Assembly (NCBI GenBank): GCA_045588675.1
Contig: JAZNER010000071.1
Location: 4,122-68,121, forward strand
Length of the DNA: 64,000 bases
From: Eubacteriales bacterium
GTDB taxonomy: Bacteria; Bacillota; Clostridia; Oscillospirales; CAG-272
Direction of reading: 5' to 3'
Shown: positions 9,982 to 19,170 of the stretch, one piece after another
Layout of the letters: each line of letters starts with the position of its first letter
Position numbering within the stretch: position 1 is the first letter of the stretch
The notes under the pieces: model-generated
Seen by the model: the letters and a program-made list of their open reading frames with translations, nothing else
The model's database searches: none
What the model was told of the DNA's origin: nothing
Program-made: the position numbers and the translations under genes

Positions 9982-10782
9982 TCACTGCTCTCCAATTAAA
10001 AATTGATTACTGTCACCATCAAGGAAATCCTCTCCCTGACTGACGGTAAGGTTTATGATACTGCCTTCAAGCACCAATGCACCCTCTGGCAAGCTTTGAA
10101 AAATAACCGTCCCCTCATCTGCCTCGCTTGAATACTCAAGCGAGATGTCGCCAACCAAAAGTCCCTGTGCCATAATATCAAGACAGGCTTCTTCAATTAT
10201 ATATCCGTTGTAATTCTTCACCGAGATTGTTTTTATTTTTTCAAATCTGCTGACAAATAATGTGACCGTATCCCCTTCCCGAAGAGGAGTATCGGCCAGA
10301 GGCGTGGTTGATTGCACCAAATCTCCTGTGTCAAGCTCTTCACGGCTGAAATATATCGGTACGACCCGCACTCTCATACCCAAGCTCCGCAATTTCGCGC
10401 AAGCAAGAGCAAAGTCCTCTCCGTCAAGGCTCGGCATATACAGCTCCTCTTTTCCAAGACTTACGACCAAATCTATGATATGCTTTTCATTAAGTCTTTT
10501 TTTGCGCGAATTTGCAGTCGGTGATTGCGATATAACGACACCTCTCTCTACGGCATCAGAGCTCACATACTGCTTTCTTATCTTGAAATCGGCAAGAGGG
10601 GGTATGTCATCTGCTCTTTTTCCCACCAAATCGGGAACAGTTATGCTCTCGCTTTTTTCAAAATCCACAAAAAAGTATGAAAACACGCCAAGCGACACTG
10701 CAATAGCCAAAAGCACCGATACTATTGCCGAGGCAACAAGACCTCCCCATATTCTTTTTTCGTTATTTCTGTTTTTTGACAT
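9982..10782 (-). CDS. Membrane-anchored protein with three PASTA-like repeats and no kinase domain
   Basis: It has a short basic N-terminus and one TM segment (GGLVASAIVSVLLAIAVSLGVF). Three roughly 65-aa repeats follow, starting ITVPDLVGK, LYMPSLDGE and ISVKNYNGY. GGAGGG lies 5 nt before the ATG at 10782. Confidence 0.75.
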   Translation of the reverse strand: MSKNRNNEKRIWGGLVASAIVSVLLAIAVSLGVFSYFFVDFEKSESITVPDLVGKRADDIPPLADFKIRKQYVSSDAVERGVVISQSPTANSRKKRLNEKHIIDLVVSLGKEELYMPSLDGEDFALACAKLRSLGMRVRVVPIYFSREELDTGDLVQSTTPLADTPLREGDTVTLFVSRFEKIKTISVKNYNGYIIEEACLDIMAQGLLVGDISLEYSSEADEGTVIFQSLPEGALVLEGSIINLTVSQGEDFLDGDSNQFLIGEQ

Positions 10783-10825
10783 ATAATCCCTCCGCAAAAA
10801 ATATGTAAAGGAATTATAAACAAAT

Positions 10826-11872
10826 TTAAGCCTGGCTTTCCTCTCGGCGCAGCTGTCCGCAGGAGGCGTTGATGTCAGAGCCGAGTGTTCGGCGAACCGT
10901 AGCTCTTATTCCCTTTGCTTCAAGTGTTGCGGCAAACGCCTTTACTGCCAGCTTGTCCGAGCTCTTAAAGCCCGACTCGGTAACCTCGTTTACGGGAATA
11001 AGATTGACGTGTATCGGCATATTGTCCTGTCTTGTGCGAAGCTTGCGGTTTAACAGCTCGGCGAGCGCCAAAGCCTTTTGCTTTGTATCATTTTTGCCCG
11101 CAATCAGTGTATATTCAAAGGAAATCCGTCTGCATGTCACCTTGTAATAGTCGCGGCATGCGTCAAGCAAGCTATCAACGCCCCACGCGCGATTGACAGG
11201 CATAATTTCTCCCCTCGTTTCGTCGTCGGACGCGTGCAGAGAAATTGACAGAGTAATTGGCAAATTAAGCTTTGCAAGCTCGTAAATCTTTGGCACAACG
11301 CCGCAGGTTGAGAGAGATATATGACGATAGCCAATATTCACTCCATCAGGTAGATTGACAAGCTGCAAAAACTTAACAACATTATCGTAATTGTCAAGCG
11401 GCTCGCCTATTCCCATCATAACTATATTGGAAATTCTGATTGACAAATCTCTTTGTGCAGCTATAATCTGACCTAAAATCTCACCCGCTTCAAGATTTCT
11501 CACCATTCCCGCAATAGTTGACGCGCAAAAGCGACAGCCCATTCGGCAGCCAACCTGAGAGGATATGCAAATCGTGTATCCGTGCTCATATTTCATAACG
11601 ACAGACTCAATGCAGTTGCCGTCTGACATCTCAAAAAGATATTTAACTGTTTCGTCTATTCTTGAGCAGAGCTTTCTCTTAATTCGGGGAAGCGAGCAAT
11701 CTGCCGCCTCTGACAGCTTTTGCTTGGTTGCCTTGCCGACATTGGTCATTTCTTCAAGAGCAATTCCCTTATGTAGCTGTGTAAATATCTGACTTGCCCT
11801 GTATTTTGGCTCTCCAAGTGAAATAAGCAATTCACAGAGCTCGTCGGGTGTAAATGATAATATATTTTTCAT
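10826..11872 (-). CDS. rlmN: 23S rRNA/tRNA adenine-C2 methyltransferase RlmN (radical SAM)
   Basis: 348 aa. Contains YRASQIF, GCRMGCRFCAS and the C-terminal DINASCGQL motif. Confidence 0.95.
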   Translation of the reverse strand: MKNILSFTPDELCELLISLGEPKYRASQIFTQLHKGIALEEMTNVGKATKQKLSEAADCSLPRIKRKLCSRIDETVKYLFEMSDGNCIESVVMKYEHGYTICISSQVGCRMGCRFCASTIAGMVRNLEAGEILGQIIAAQRDLSIRISNIVMMGIGEPLDNYDNVVKFLQLVNLPDGVNIGYRHISLSTCGVVPKIYELAKLNLPITLSISLHASDDETRGEIMPVNRAWGVDSLLDACRDYYKVTCRRISFEYTLIAGKNDTKQKALALAELLNRKLRTRQDNMPIHVNLIPVNEVTESGFKSSDKLAVKAFAATLEAKGIRATVRRTLGSDINASCGQLRREESQA

Positions 11873-11880
11873 TATTCCTA

Positions 11881-13203
11881 TTATTCTTCTTTAATTTTCT
11901 TTAATTTAGCAATAAAAAATCCGTCTGTTCCGTCAATATCGGGGGAGAGAGATAGCATTCCGCCCGATGAACGTTTCTCTCCAATCGCGAAATCGCAGGG
12001 CACAAAATGAGAGTGCTCCGACAAAAATCTCTCAATATTCAAATAGTTTTCCTCAGGCAAAACAGTGCAGGTCGAATAAACAAGCTCTCCACCTGTCTTT
12101 AAATACCTTGCGCTTGCCGAAAGTATATCGTACTGAATTTGAGGAAGCTTTGCCATCTCCGATAAATCCTTATATCTGATTTCAGGCTTTTTAGCCACAA
12201 CGCCAAGCCCCGAGCAAGGAACATCACAAAGCACCTTGTCTGCCTTGCCGAAAAGCTCCTCGCAAGGTGCTCTGCCGTCACGCTCCGAAGCGCTTATTAT
12301 GTCAATTCCAAGCCGAAGAGCTCCGCTTGAAACAAGCTTCAATTTACTTTGGTGCAGGTCAAAGGAGTAAATCTGACCTCTGTTTTTCATATTGATTGCC
12401 AAGCCGAATGACTTTGAACCGGGACACGAGCAGGTGTCAATGACAAGCTCTCCCTCCCTCGCTCCGAGCGCCTCGACACAAATCTGTGATGCCTCGTCCT
12501 GAACGAAAAAGAAGCCTTCCTCAAATCCGCGAAGCGACGAAAATGCAACATCACGAAGGATTACCGCGTTATCCAGATTTTCCGACAAGCTGTATTCTAT
12601 GTCACTTTCAGATAACAGCTTTAAATACTCTTCTCTCGTTGTCCTCAGAGTATTTATGCGCAAGGTAAGCTTTGGCGGCTGATTGAATACATCAAGTATC
12701 TTCTTTGCTCTCTCATAGCCGTAAAGCTCGCAAAACCGCTGGCAAAAATCGCGCGGAAATGAATATTTGACCGACAAATATGCGATTTTGTCTGCATTCT
12801 CGTCGGGATAAAGCTTATCAAGCTCACCTCTTTCGCGACGGCGCAAAAATTCTCTCAAAATAGCATTTACAAAACCTGCGCTTCTCCTTGGCGCTAAACC
12901 CACAGTTTCATTGACCGCGGCATAGGTCGGTATTCTGTCAAGGCAAAGCAGCTGATAAAGCCCCATCTGCAAAAGTATTCTTGTATCTGTGTCTATCTGC
13001 TCGCTTTTTTTTGCTAAGCACGATATAATACGGTCAAGCGTCAGTCGCCTCTCGGTAACTCCCATAACTATCGCCGTAACAAGTGCACTGTCGGCTTGTG
13101 TCAGCTCGTGCCTTTTGAGCGCATTGTCAAGGGCGATATTTGAATATGTCGCGCCCGAGCTTGCGCTTTTCAATATTTTAAATGCCACGCGTCTTGCGCT
13201 CAT
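11881..13203 (-). CDS. rsmB: 16S rRNA (cytosine967-C5)-methyltransferase RsmB
   Basis: 440 aa. It has a NusB-like N-domain, a SAM-MTase core (DTCSCPGSKS, DVPCSGLGV, YSTCT) and a DGFFIAKL tail. Confidence 0.92.
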   Translation of the reverse strand: MSARRVAFKILKSASSGATYSNIALDNALKRHELTQADSALVTAIVMGVTERRLTLDRIISCLAKKSEQIDTDTRILLQMGLYQLLCLDRIPTYAAVNETVGLAPRRSAGFVNAILREFLRRRERGELDKLYPDENADKIAYLSVKYSFPRDFCQRFCELYGYERAKKILDVFNQPPKLTLRINTLRTTREEYLKLLSESDIEYSLSENLDNAVILRDVAFSSLRGFEEGFFFVQDEASQICVEALGAREGELVIDTCSCPGSKSFGLAINMKNRGQIYSFDLHQSKLKLVSSGALRLGIDIISASERDGRAPCEELFGKADKVLCDVPCSGLGVVAKKPEIRYKDLSEMAKLPQIQYDILSASARYLKTGGELVYSTCTVLPEENYLNIERFLSEHSHFVPCDFAIGEKRSSGGMLSLSPDIDGTDGFFIAKLKKIKEE

Positions 13204-13284
13204 ATATCTCCCTCCTTGCGCTTTTATCGTAAATTTAATGTGCTTTTATTTTTTGCACTTTTATTGTGATTTTCAGAAGCTCTT

Positions 13285-14016
13285 TTATCTTCTTCTGCCA
13301 GAGGCACCTGCCGCAATCAGAACAAATCTGAGCAAATATGCGAGTGATGTTGCAAGTGCGGCAACATATGTCATTGCGGCGGCAGACAAGACCCTTCTTG
13401 CGCCCGTCAGCTCGTCGCCGTAAAGAATTTCAGCCTCCTCAAGCGTTTTCATAGCTCTTGACGAAGCGTTGAATTCCGTCGGCAGAGTAATAAGTTGAAA
13501 AAGCGTACTAAACGAAAACAAAACTATACCGCCAAGCATACAGACTTCACCAATAGCCGAGCTGTCATATGAAAAGCCCGCCAAAAGCAAGCCTATCATA
13601 AACAAAGGCAAGGCAAGACGAGAGCCGAACTGTGTTATCGGTATGATAGCCGAGCGGACCTTGATAGGCAAATATCCCGTCGCGTGCTGAACTGCGTGTC
13701 CTGCCTCGTGAGCAGCCACTCCGAGAGCAGCAACGCTTGTGCTGTCATGAGTTGCCTCTGACAAGCGAATAACCCGTGCCTTTGGGTCATAATGGTCGCT
13801 CAAATGCCCGTGTGTTCTCTCAACCTTTACATCATAAAGTCCGTTTCGGTCAAGAATTCTTCTTGCCGCCTCTGCTCCGCTTATTTGACGTGTAGTTCTC
13901 TTTTTATTGTATTTTTCAAATGTCGATTGCACTCTAAACTGCGCAATCAATGCAAAAATCATTGCAGGGAGAAGAATGATGATTGTCCAATCTCCCCAAA
14001 AAAATCCAAAAAACAT
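13285..14016 (-). CDS. Putative neutral zinc metallopeptidase (membrane, HExxH)
   Basis: 243 aa. It has an HEAGHAVQH motif, an N-terminal TM segment and C-terminal TM segments, which is typical of the Zn_peptidase_2 family. Confidence 0.85.
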   Translation of the reverse strand: MFFGFFWGDWTIIILLPAMIFALIAQFRVQSTFEKYNKKRTTRQISGAEAARRILDRNGLYDVKVERTHGHLSDHYDPKARVIRLSEATHDSTSVAALGVAAHEAGHAVQHATGYLPIKVRSAIIPITQFGSRLALPLFMIGLLLAGFSYDSSAIGEVCMLGGIVLFSFSTLFQLITLPTEFNASSRAMKTLEEAEILYGDELTGARRVLSAAAMTYVAALATSLAYLLRFVLIAAGASGRRR

Positions 14017-14130
14017 AATTCACCCTTAAAAACTTTATTTACATTTAGTTTGCTTGCTTTTATAAGCTATAAACCTTACAATTTTTTCCGAAACAAGCTT
14101 GTTTTCAAAAGATTATGATGTCAAATCAAA

Positions 14131-15066
14131 TTATGATAGTAAATCGCCCTCGAAAAGCTTTCGTCCGCGAACAAAATCACCCGCGCTCATTTTTCCCTTG
14201 CCCTCAGGCACAACAGTTAAAATCGACAGTATTCCTCTGCCGCATGCAACCCTTATATCCTCTCCGACATATAGCACTCTGCCCGCCTCTTGCCCGTTGA
14301 TTTTTTCAGTGTCAAAAACTCGACTTTGAACGATTTTCAGAAGCTTGCCGTCAGGCGTATGGGTAAAGGCAAGCGGAATTGGAGAAAGTCCTCTTATTAA
14401 ATTATGCAGCTCCTGCGCCGACTTTGAAAAATCAAGCAAGCAATCACTTTTTTCAATTTTTGCCGCATAGGTTGCAAGGCTGTCGTCCTGAGCCTCGGGG
14501 CAAATCTCGCTACCCTCAAGCTTTGCTACCGTTTCAATCAAAAGTTTTGCTCCGCACTCGGACAATTTGTCGTGAATATCCTCAAAATTGTCATTCGGGC
14601 AAATTTCAACCTCGGCTTTCAGCAGCATATCGCCCGTGTCAAGCCCTGCCGCCATAAGCATCGTTGTAATTCCCGTCACGCTCTCGCCGTCAATAATTGC
14701 TCTTTGCATTGGTGCTGCGCCTCTGTATTTCGGCAGAAGCGAGCCGTGAACATTGACACAGCCGTATTTGGGGTAATCAAGCACATTCTGGGGCAAGATT
14801 TTTCCATATGCAACAACGACGATAAGCTCAGGGTTAAGCTCTTCTAAAAGAACGACAAATTCCTCTGTTCTAAGGCTCTGCGGCTGATAAACTGCTATGC
14901 CCTGCTCCTCGGCATAAACCTTAATAGGCGGCGGTGTCAGGTGATGTCCTCTGCCCTTTGGCTTATCAGGCTGGGTGACAACGCCTATAATATCGTGCTC
15001 CGATTTGCAAAGCTCGCGCAAGGTAGGCAATGCAAAATCGGGTGTTCCCATAAATAGTATTCTCAT
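14131..15066 (-). CDS. fmt: Methionyl-tRNA formyltransferase
   Basis: MRILFMGTPDFALPTL, VVTQPDKPKGRG and HGSLLPKYRGAAP are present. GGAG lies 8 nt before the ATG at 15066. Confidence 0.95.
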   Translation of the reverse strand: MRILFMGTPDFALPTLRELCKSEHDIIGVVTQPDKPKGRGHHLTPPPIKVYAEEQGIAVYQPQSLRTEEFVVLLEELNPELIVVVAYGKILPQNVLDYPKYGCVNVHGSLLPKYRGAAPMQRAIIDGESVTGITTMLMAAGLDTGDMLLKAEVEICPNDNFEDIHDKLSECGAKLLIETVAKLEGSEICPEAQDDSLATYAAKIEKSDCLLDFSKSAQELHNLIRGLSPIPLAFTHTPDGKLLKIVQSRVFDTEKINGQEAGRVLYVGEDIRVACGRGILSILTVVPEGKGKMSAGDFVRGRKLFEGDLLS

Positions 15067-15095
15067 TTTCAAAACTCCAATTTAAAGACTTATGT

Positions 15096-15581
15096 TCAGT
15101 CCCCGTCGGTCATTTCCTTTATTTCCTCGGGCGTGAGCATCCTTTCGGCAACGCTTGGATAAAGCTTTCCGTCAAGGTGGTCAAGCTCGTGGCAGAATGC
15201 GCGTGCAAGCAGCTCCGAGCCCGTGTAATCAACAAGCTCTCCGTGTCTGTTTGTCGCGCGTACTGTTACGTGCATTGGTCGTTTTACAATTCCCCACTGA
15301 CCGGGCAGAGAAAGACAGCCTTCAAGCCCCTCCTGCTCACCCGAATAAGCGATAATTTTGGGATTGATGAGCTCAATCAGCTCGCCCTCCTCGACCTCGA
15401 TAACGACAATTCTGCGCAAAACGCCGACCTGCGGTGCGGCAAGACCTACGCCGTTTGCTTCTCTCATAGTTTCAGCCATATCGTCAAGCAGAGTAAGCAC
15501 TCTGGGTGTAATATTTTCAACAGGACGGCAGACCTTATTGAGTGCTTCGTCGCCAACCTTTACAATTTTCAATTTTGCCAT
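15096..15581 (-). CDS. def: Peptide deformylase
   Basis: 161 aa with the three deformylase motifs: GVGLAAPQVG, EGCLS and HELDHLDG. Confidence 0.95.
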   Translation of the reverse strand: MAKLKIVKVGDEALNKVCRPVENITPRVLTLLDDMAETMREANGVGLAAPQVGVLRRIVVIEVEEGELIELINPKIIAYSGEQEGLEGCLSLPGQWGIVKRPMHVTVRATNRHGELVDYTGSELLARAFCHELDHLDGKLYPSVAERMLTPEEIKEMTDGD

Positions 15582-15606
15582 ATCTATTCTTCCTTTCAGT
15601 TACATT

Positions 15607-18105
15607 TTATAGTCCCGTCGGGTTAAAATCAATCGACAGTGATGCCTTTCCTCGACTGTTTCCGCCGTATTCGGTGAGCAGACGGGAGAAAAGCTCACGC
15701 GAGCGTTTATTAAGACGACATTTTATTACCATTCTCATTCGGTACTTTTCCTCGACCTTATAGACAGGCGCTTCAAAGGGACCGAAAATTATCATTTCGA
15801 CATCTTTATATTCTGACGCAACAAGACTGTCAAGCTCCTCTCTAAGTCGCTTTGCTCCAACGACCGCCTGCTTTTCGTCAGCGCAAATCAAGCTCAAGAG
15901 CGCAATGTCGCAATAGGGCGGGAAAACAAGGAGTTTGCGAAGCCTGATTTCAGATGCATAAAACGCCTCATAATCCTGCTTGCAGGCAAGCCGTATCGTA
16001 TCGTTGTCGGGGTTATTGGTCTGTATTACCGCCAAGCCCTTTTTCAGGGCTCTGCCCGCTCTGCCGATTACCTGTGTCAGCATTGAAAATGTGCGCTCAT
16101 TGGCGTGATAATCGTCCATATACAGCGACATATCCGCCAAAAGCACGCCAACCAAGGTCACATTCGGGAAATCGTGTCCCTTTGTTACCATTTGTGTGCC
16201 CAGAAGTATATCTGCCTTTTTGTCCTTAAACTCGCTCAAAAGCTCATTTAAGGAGTTCTTCTCACTCGTGCTGTCAGCATCCATTCGCAATATTTTTTTG
16301 TCGGGCAAAAGGTCGTTTAGCTCCTGCTCGATTTTTTGAGTTCCAAAGCCTATTTTCACCAAGTGCTCTGAATTGCAGGACGGACATCTTTGCGGTGCGC
16401 TTTGCCTGTGTCCGCACCAATGACAGAACAAAAATCCGCTTTCATAATTGCCCTTTTTTGTATGATAGTTCATAGAAATCGAACAGTGTGGGCAGCTTAT
16501 GTAGTCGCCGCACGACTTACAGCTGACTGAGGTATTATATCCCCGTCGGTTTAAAAACAAAATCGCTTGCTCTCCGCGCTCGGTCACCTCGATGAGCTCC
16601 TGCTTTAAAAGACTTCCGAGTGGCGACATATTGCCAACTCTTTGCTCTTTTCTCATATCGTAAATCTTTACACGGGGCAGCTCTGCTCCGCCAAATCTTT
16701 CGCGAAGCTTCACAAGCGTATATTTTCCGTTTTGCGCCTTGGTATAGCTCTCAATTGAGGGCGTCGCCGAGGACAAGAGCAAGACCGCGTTATTTTTAGC
16801 ACACCTGAACCTTGCAATATCTCTCGCGTGATACTTCGGCGAGGTCTCGGATTTATATGTGCTCTCGTGTTCCTCGTCAATAATGACAAGTCCGAGATTT
16901 TTAACGGGAGAGAAGATTGCAGAGCGCGTGCCCAGGACCAAGTCAGCCTCTCCCGAGAGGATTTTTGCATAGGCGTCATATCTCTCTCCCGCTGAGAGTG
17001 AGGAGTGCACGAGCGCAATCCTCCGTCCGTAGCGGGAGCTGAAAATCTTTAAGGTTTGCGGAGTTAATGCAATTTCGGGAAGCAGCATAATTACTCCGCG
17101 CCCCTCTTCAAGCGCTTTATCAATCGCTTTGATAATTACACTTGTTTTTCCGCTTCCTGTAACGCCGTGTAAAAGAATAGCACTCGGAGCGTTCTTTTCG
17201 AGATGCTCCTTGACCGTATTATAGGCATTTGCCTGCTCCGAATTTAATTCATATTCAATTTTTTCCTGTATATCACCGTCAATGTAGCTATCTCTCCAGG
17301 TCCTGCGCGCATCAACCCTTAAAAGACCCTTATCAAGCAAAGCCTTCAGCTGTGCCGAGCTTACAGAGCAGTTTTTGCGGATTTCGTCGGCAGAAAGCTC
17401 TCCGCGCTCCGCAATCAAGGACAAAATTTCCTTGTGAGAATTTGAACGAAGCTTTGTTTTTGAATTGCCCGAAAGTATATTGTCACATTCCTTTTTGTCG
17501 ATTGCCAATGAGTAAAAGCTCTCAAAGCTATCCCGCATCTTTGACGAGGCAAGCAAATCCTTTTTGATATATCCTTTGGCAATAAGCTTTTCAATTGCAG
17601 ATTGCACAGCCGCCACTCCAAACTTAGCCTTGATCGCGTCAATGCTCTTCCTGCCACTCTTGACAATAAATTCGTAAACAAATAAATCAACAGGCTCAAA
17701 GCCCGAAGAAGAGTTTGGCCCTGACGAGCTTACCGCATAGTAATACTCTGTCATTTTTCCGAGCGCCGACGACGGCAAAATGCACCTTACCGCCTCTCCT
17801 ATAGTGCAGAGATATTGCTCCTTCATATATTCGCAAAGAGATAGCATTTCCTCGCTCAAAGCACCTCTGTCAATACACACGTCCCCAATCGCCTTGACCT
17901 CGCTGTATTCAGGACAGTGCAAAAGACGGCTGACAATTGCCATCTGCTTTCTGTTTCCCCTGCCAAAAGGAACTGTAACGAATGAGCCGACCTTGACGTA
18001 TTCTCTCAGGGTAAGAGGTATAAAATAATCATATCTATGGTCTATGCAATAAGGATTATCCAAAAGATAAACAGACGCATATTCGTGCGATACTGTGCTT
18101 TCCAT
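15607..18105 (-). CDS. priA: Primosomal protein N' (replication restart helicase PriA)
   Basis: Walker A is LLHGVTGSGKT and the DEAH-like box is IIDEEH. Cys-rich zinc motifs are CKSCGDYISCPHC and CHWCG...CPSC. GGAGG lies 5 nt before the ATG at 18105; the ORF is open to 18171. Confidence 0.93.
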   Translation of the reverse strand: MESTVSHEYASVYLLDNPYCIDHRYDYFIPLTLREYVKVGSFVTVPFGRGNRKQMAIVSRLLHCPEYSEVKAIGDVCIDRGALSEEMLSLCEYMKEQYLCTIGEAVRCILPSSALGKMTEYYYAVSSSGPNSSSGFEPVDLFVYEFIVKSGRKSIDAIKAKFGVAAVQSAIEKLIAKGYIKKDLLASSKMRDSFESFYSLAIDKKECDNILSGNSKTKLRSNSHKEILSLIAERGELSADEIRKNCSVSSAQLKALLDKGLLRVDARRTWRDSYIDGDIQEKIEYELNSEQANAYNTVKEHLEKNAPSAILLHGVTGSGKTSVIIKAIDKALEEGRGVIMLLPEIALTPQTLKIFSSRYGRRIALVHSSLSAGERYDAYAKILSGEADLVLGTRSAIFSPVKNLGLVIIDEEHESTYKSETSPKYHARDIARFRCAKNNAVLLLSSATPSIESYTKAQNGKYTLVKLRERFGGAELPRVKIYDMRKEQRVGNMSPLGSLLKQELIEVTERGEQAILFLNRRGYNTSVSCKSCGDYISCPHCSISMNYHTKKGNYESGFLFCHWCGHRQSAPQRCPSCNSEHLVKIGFGTQKIEQELNDLLPDKKILRMDADSTSEKNSLNELLSEFKDKKADILLGTQMVTKGHDFPNVTLVGVLLADMSLYMDDYHANERTFSMLTQVIGRAGRALKKGLAVIQTNNPDNDTIRLACKQDYEAFYASEIRLRKLLVFPPYCDIALLSLICADEKQAVVGAKRLREELDSLVASEYKDVEMIIFGPFEAPVYKVEEKYRMRMVIKCRLNKRSRELFSRLLTEYGGNSRGKASLSIDFNPTGL

Positions 18106-18112
18106 ATTAACC

Positions 18113-18346
18113 TCCATTCCGCCGCCTTCGCGGCGGCACAAATACAATCGTTGAATTTTGCAGAAAGGCAAAATTCGCGCGTGAAACAGTTAATTTACCT
18201 ATGAATAAGAAGTAACTTTCACGCTAAATTCCATTGCGCCGTCTTCGCGGCGGCACAAATGCAATCGTTGAATTTTGCAGAAAGGCAAAATTCGCGCGTG
18301 AAACAGTTAAATTACCTATAAGGAGGATGTAACTTTCACGCTGCCC
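18113..18346. repeat. Two tandem, structured 117-bp direct repeats between rpoZ and priA
   Basis: 18113-18229 and 18230-18346 align end to end, with only a few substitutions clustered near one end. Each unit holds three hairpins, for example GAATTTTGC/GCAAAATTC and CCGCCG/CGGCGG. Confidence 0.85.
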
Positions 18347-18426
18347 TCCTACCCAAAATTATCTTACTAAAAAACCGCGTGGCGCCGCCCGTCATTTCGG
18401 GCCGCGCCTCACGTCAATATATAATC

Positions 18427-18813
18427 TTAAATATCCTCTTCCTCGGATAAGCCGTCTTCAATATCATCATCTTCTTCCGCGAAGATTTTTCTAAGGTCAA
18501 CAAACTCTTGCTGCGGCTTCGCCTCGGCTACCACCCGCGGCACATAGCCCTCAGGGCGACGCACGATTTCAAATTCGCCGTCGTGAATTCTCTTAATAGC
18601 TGTTCTGACTGCCTTTTCGTCGCGGAGCTCCTTGTTTATCAAGGTGTTGATAGGCTTGTCTGTGTCCTTGTTTCCTGTCTGCGACTTTTCTGCTTCCTCT
18701 CTCTGCTTGACATACTCGTCGGTAACTATGCGCGCGCATTTTGCTGTTGCCAAGGAAAGCTCGTAACGGTTGAATTCTCCCTTTGTAAGTTCGTTGATTG
18801 TTGGGTAAAGCAT
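18427..18813 (-). CDS. rpoZ: DNA-directed RNA polymerase subunit omega with an acidic C-terminal extension
   Basis: The N-terminus MLYPTINELTKGEFNRYELSLATAKCARIVTDEY is omega-like in Clostridia. The position between remA and priA also fits. Confidence 0.8.
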   Translation of the reverse strand: MLYPTINELTKGEFNRYELSLATAKCARIVTDEYVKQREEAEKSQTGNKDTDKPINTLINKELRDEKAVRTAIKRIHDGEFEIVRRPEGYVPRVVAEAKPQQEFVDLRKIFAEEDDDIEDGLSEEEDI

Positions 18814-18867
18814 ATATTTTTCTCCTAAAAAATTAGTTTTTATTTCAAATTAAGTATCCTTGACGAA

Positions 18868-19143
18868 TTATCCCTCGTCGTCCTCTTGCTCTTCATCGCT
18901 GATATCCGAATCGGCATCAAGTCTGTTTGCAACAGTTTCTGCTTGAAGCGCAGACAAAATAACGTGGTCGGAATCGGTAATTATAACCGCTCTCGTTTTT
19001 CTTCCGCAGGTCGCATCAATGACCCTGCCCTCGTCCTTCGCGTCCTGAATAATTCTCTTGATTGGAGCTGAATCGGGACTGGTCAAGGTAATAATTCTAT
19101 CAACGGCAACCATATTTCCGTAGCCTATGTTAATAAATTTCAT
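18868..19143 (-). CDS. remA: RemA-family (DUF370) biofilm/extracellular-matrix regulatory protein
   Basis: [66 protein letters not shown] closely matches the RemA pattern. I chose the ATG at 19143. Confidence 0.9.
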   Translation of the reverse strand: MKFINIGYGNMVAVDRIITLTSPDSAPIKRIIQDAKDEGRVIDATCGRKTRAVIITDSDHVILSALQAETVANRLDADSDISDEEQEDDEG

Positions 19144-19170
19144 TTCCAAAATACCTCTTTTTGACTGTCT

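Noticed and set aside
15607-18171. N-terminal extensions of listed ORFs (priA to 18171, tetR to 59255, serC to 26954, recombinase to 60620, mazF from 31567).
   Set aside because: In each case an internal Met preceded by a GGAGG-type RBS begins the conserved protein sequence. The upstream residues are non-homologous or include the RBS itself.
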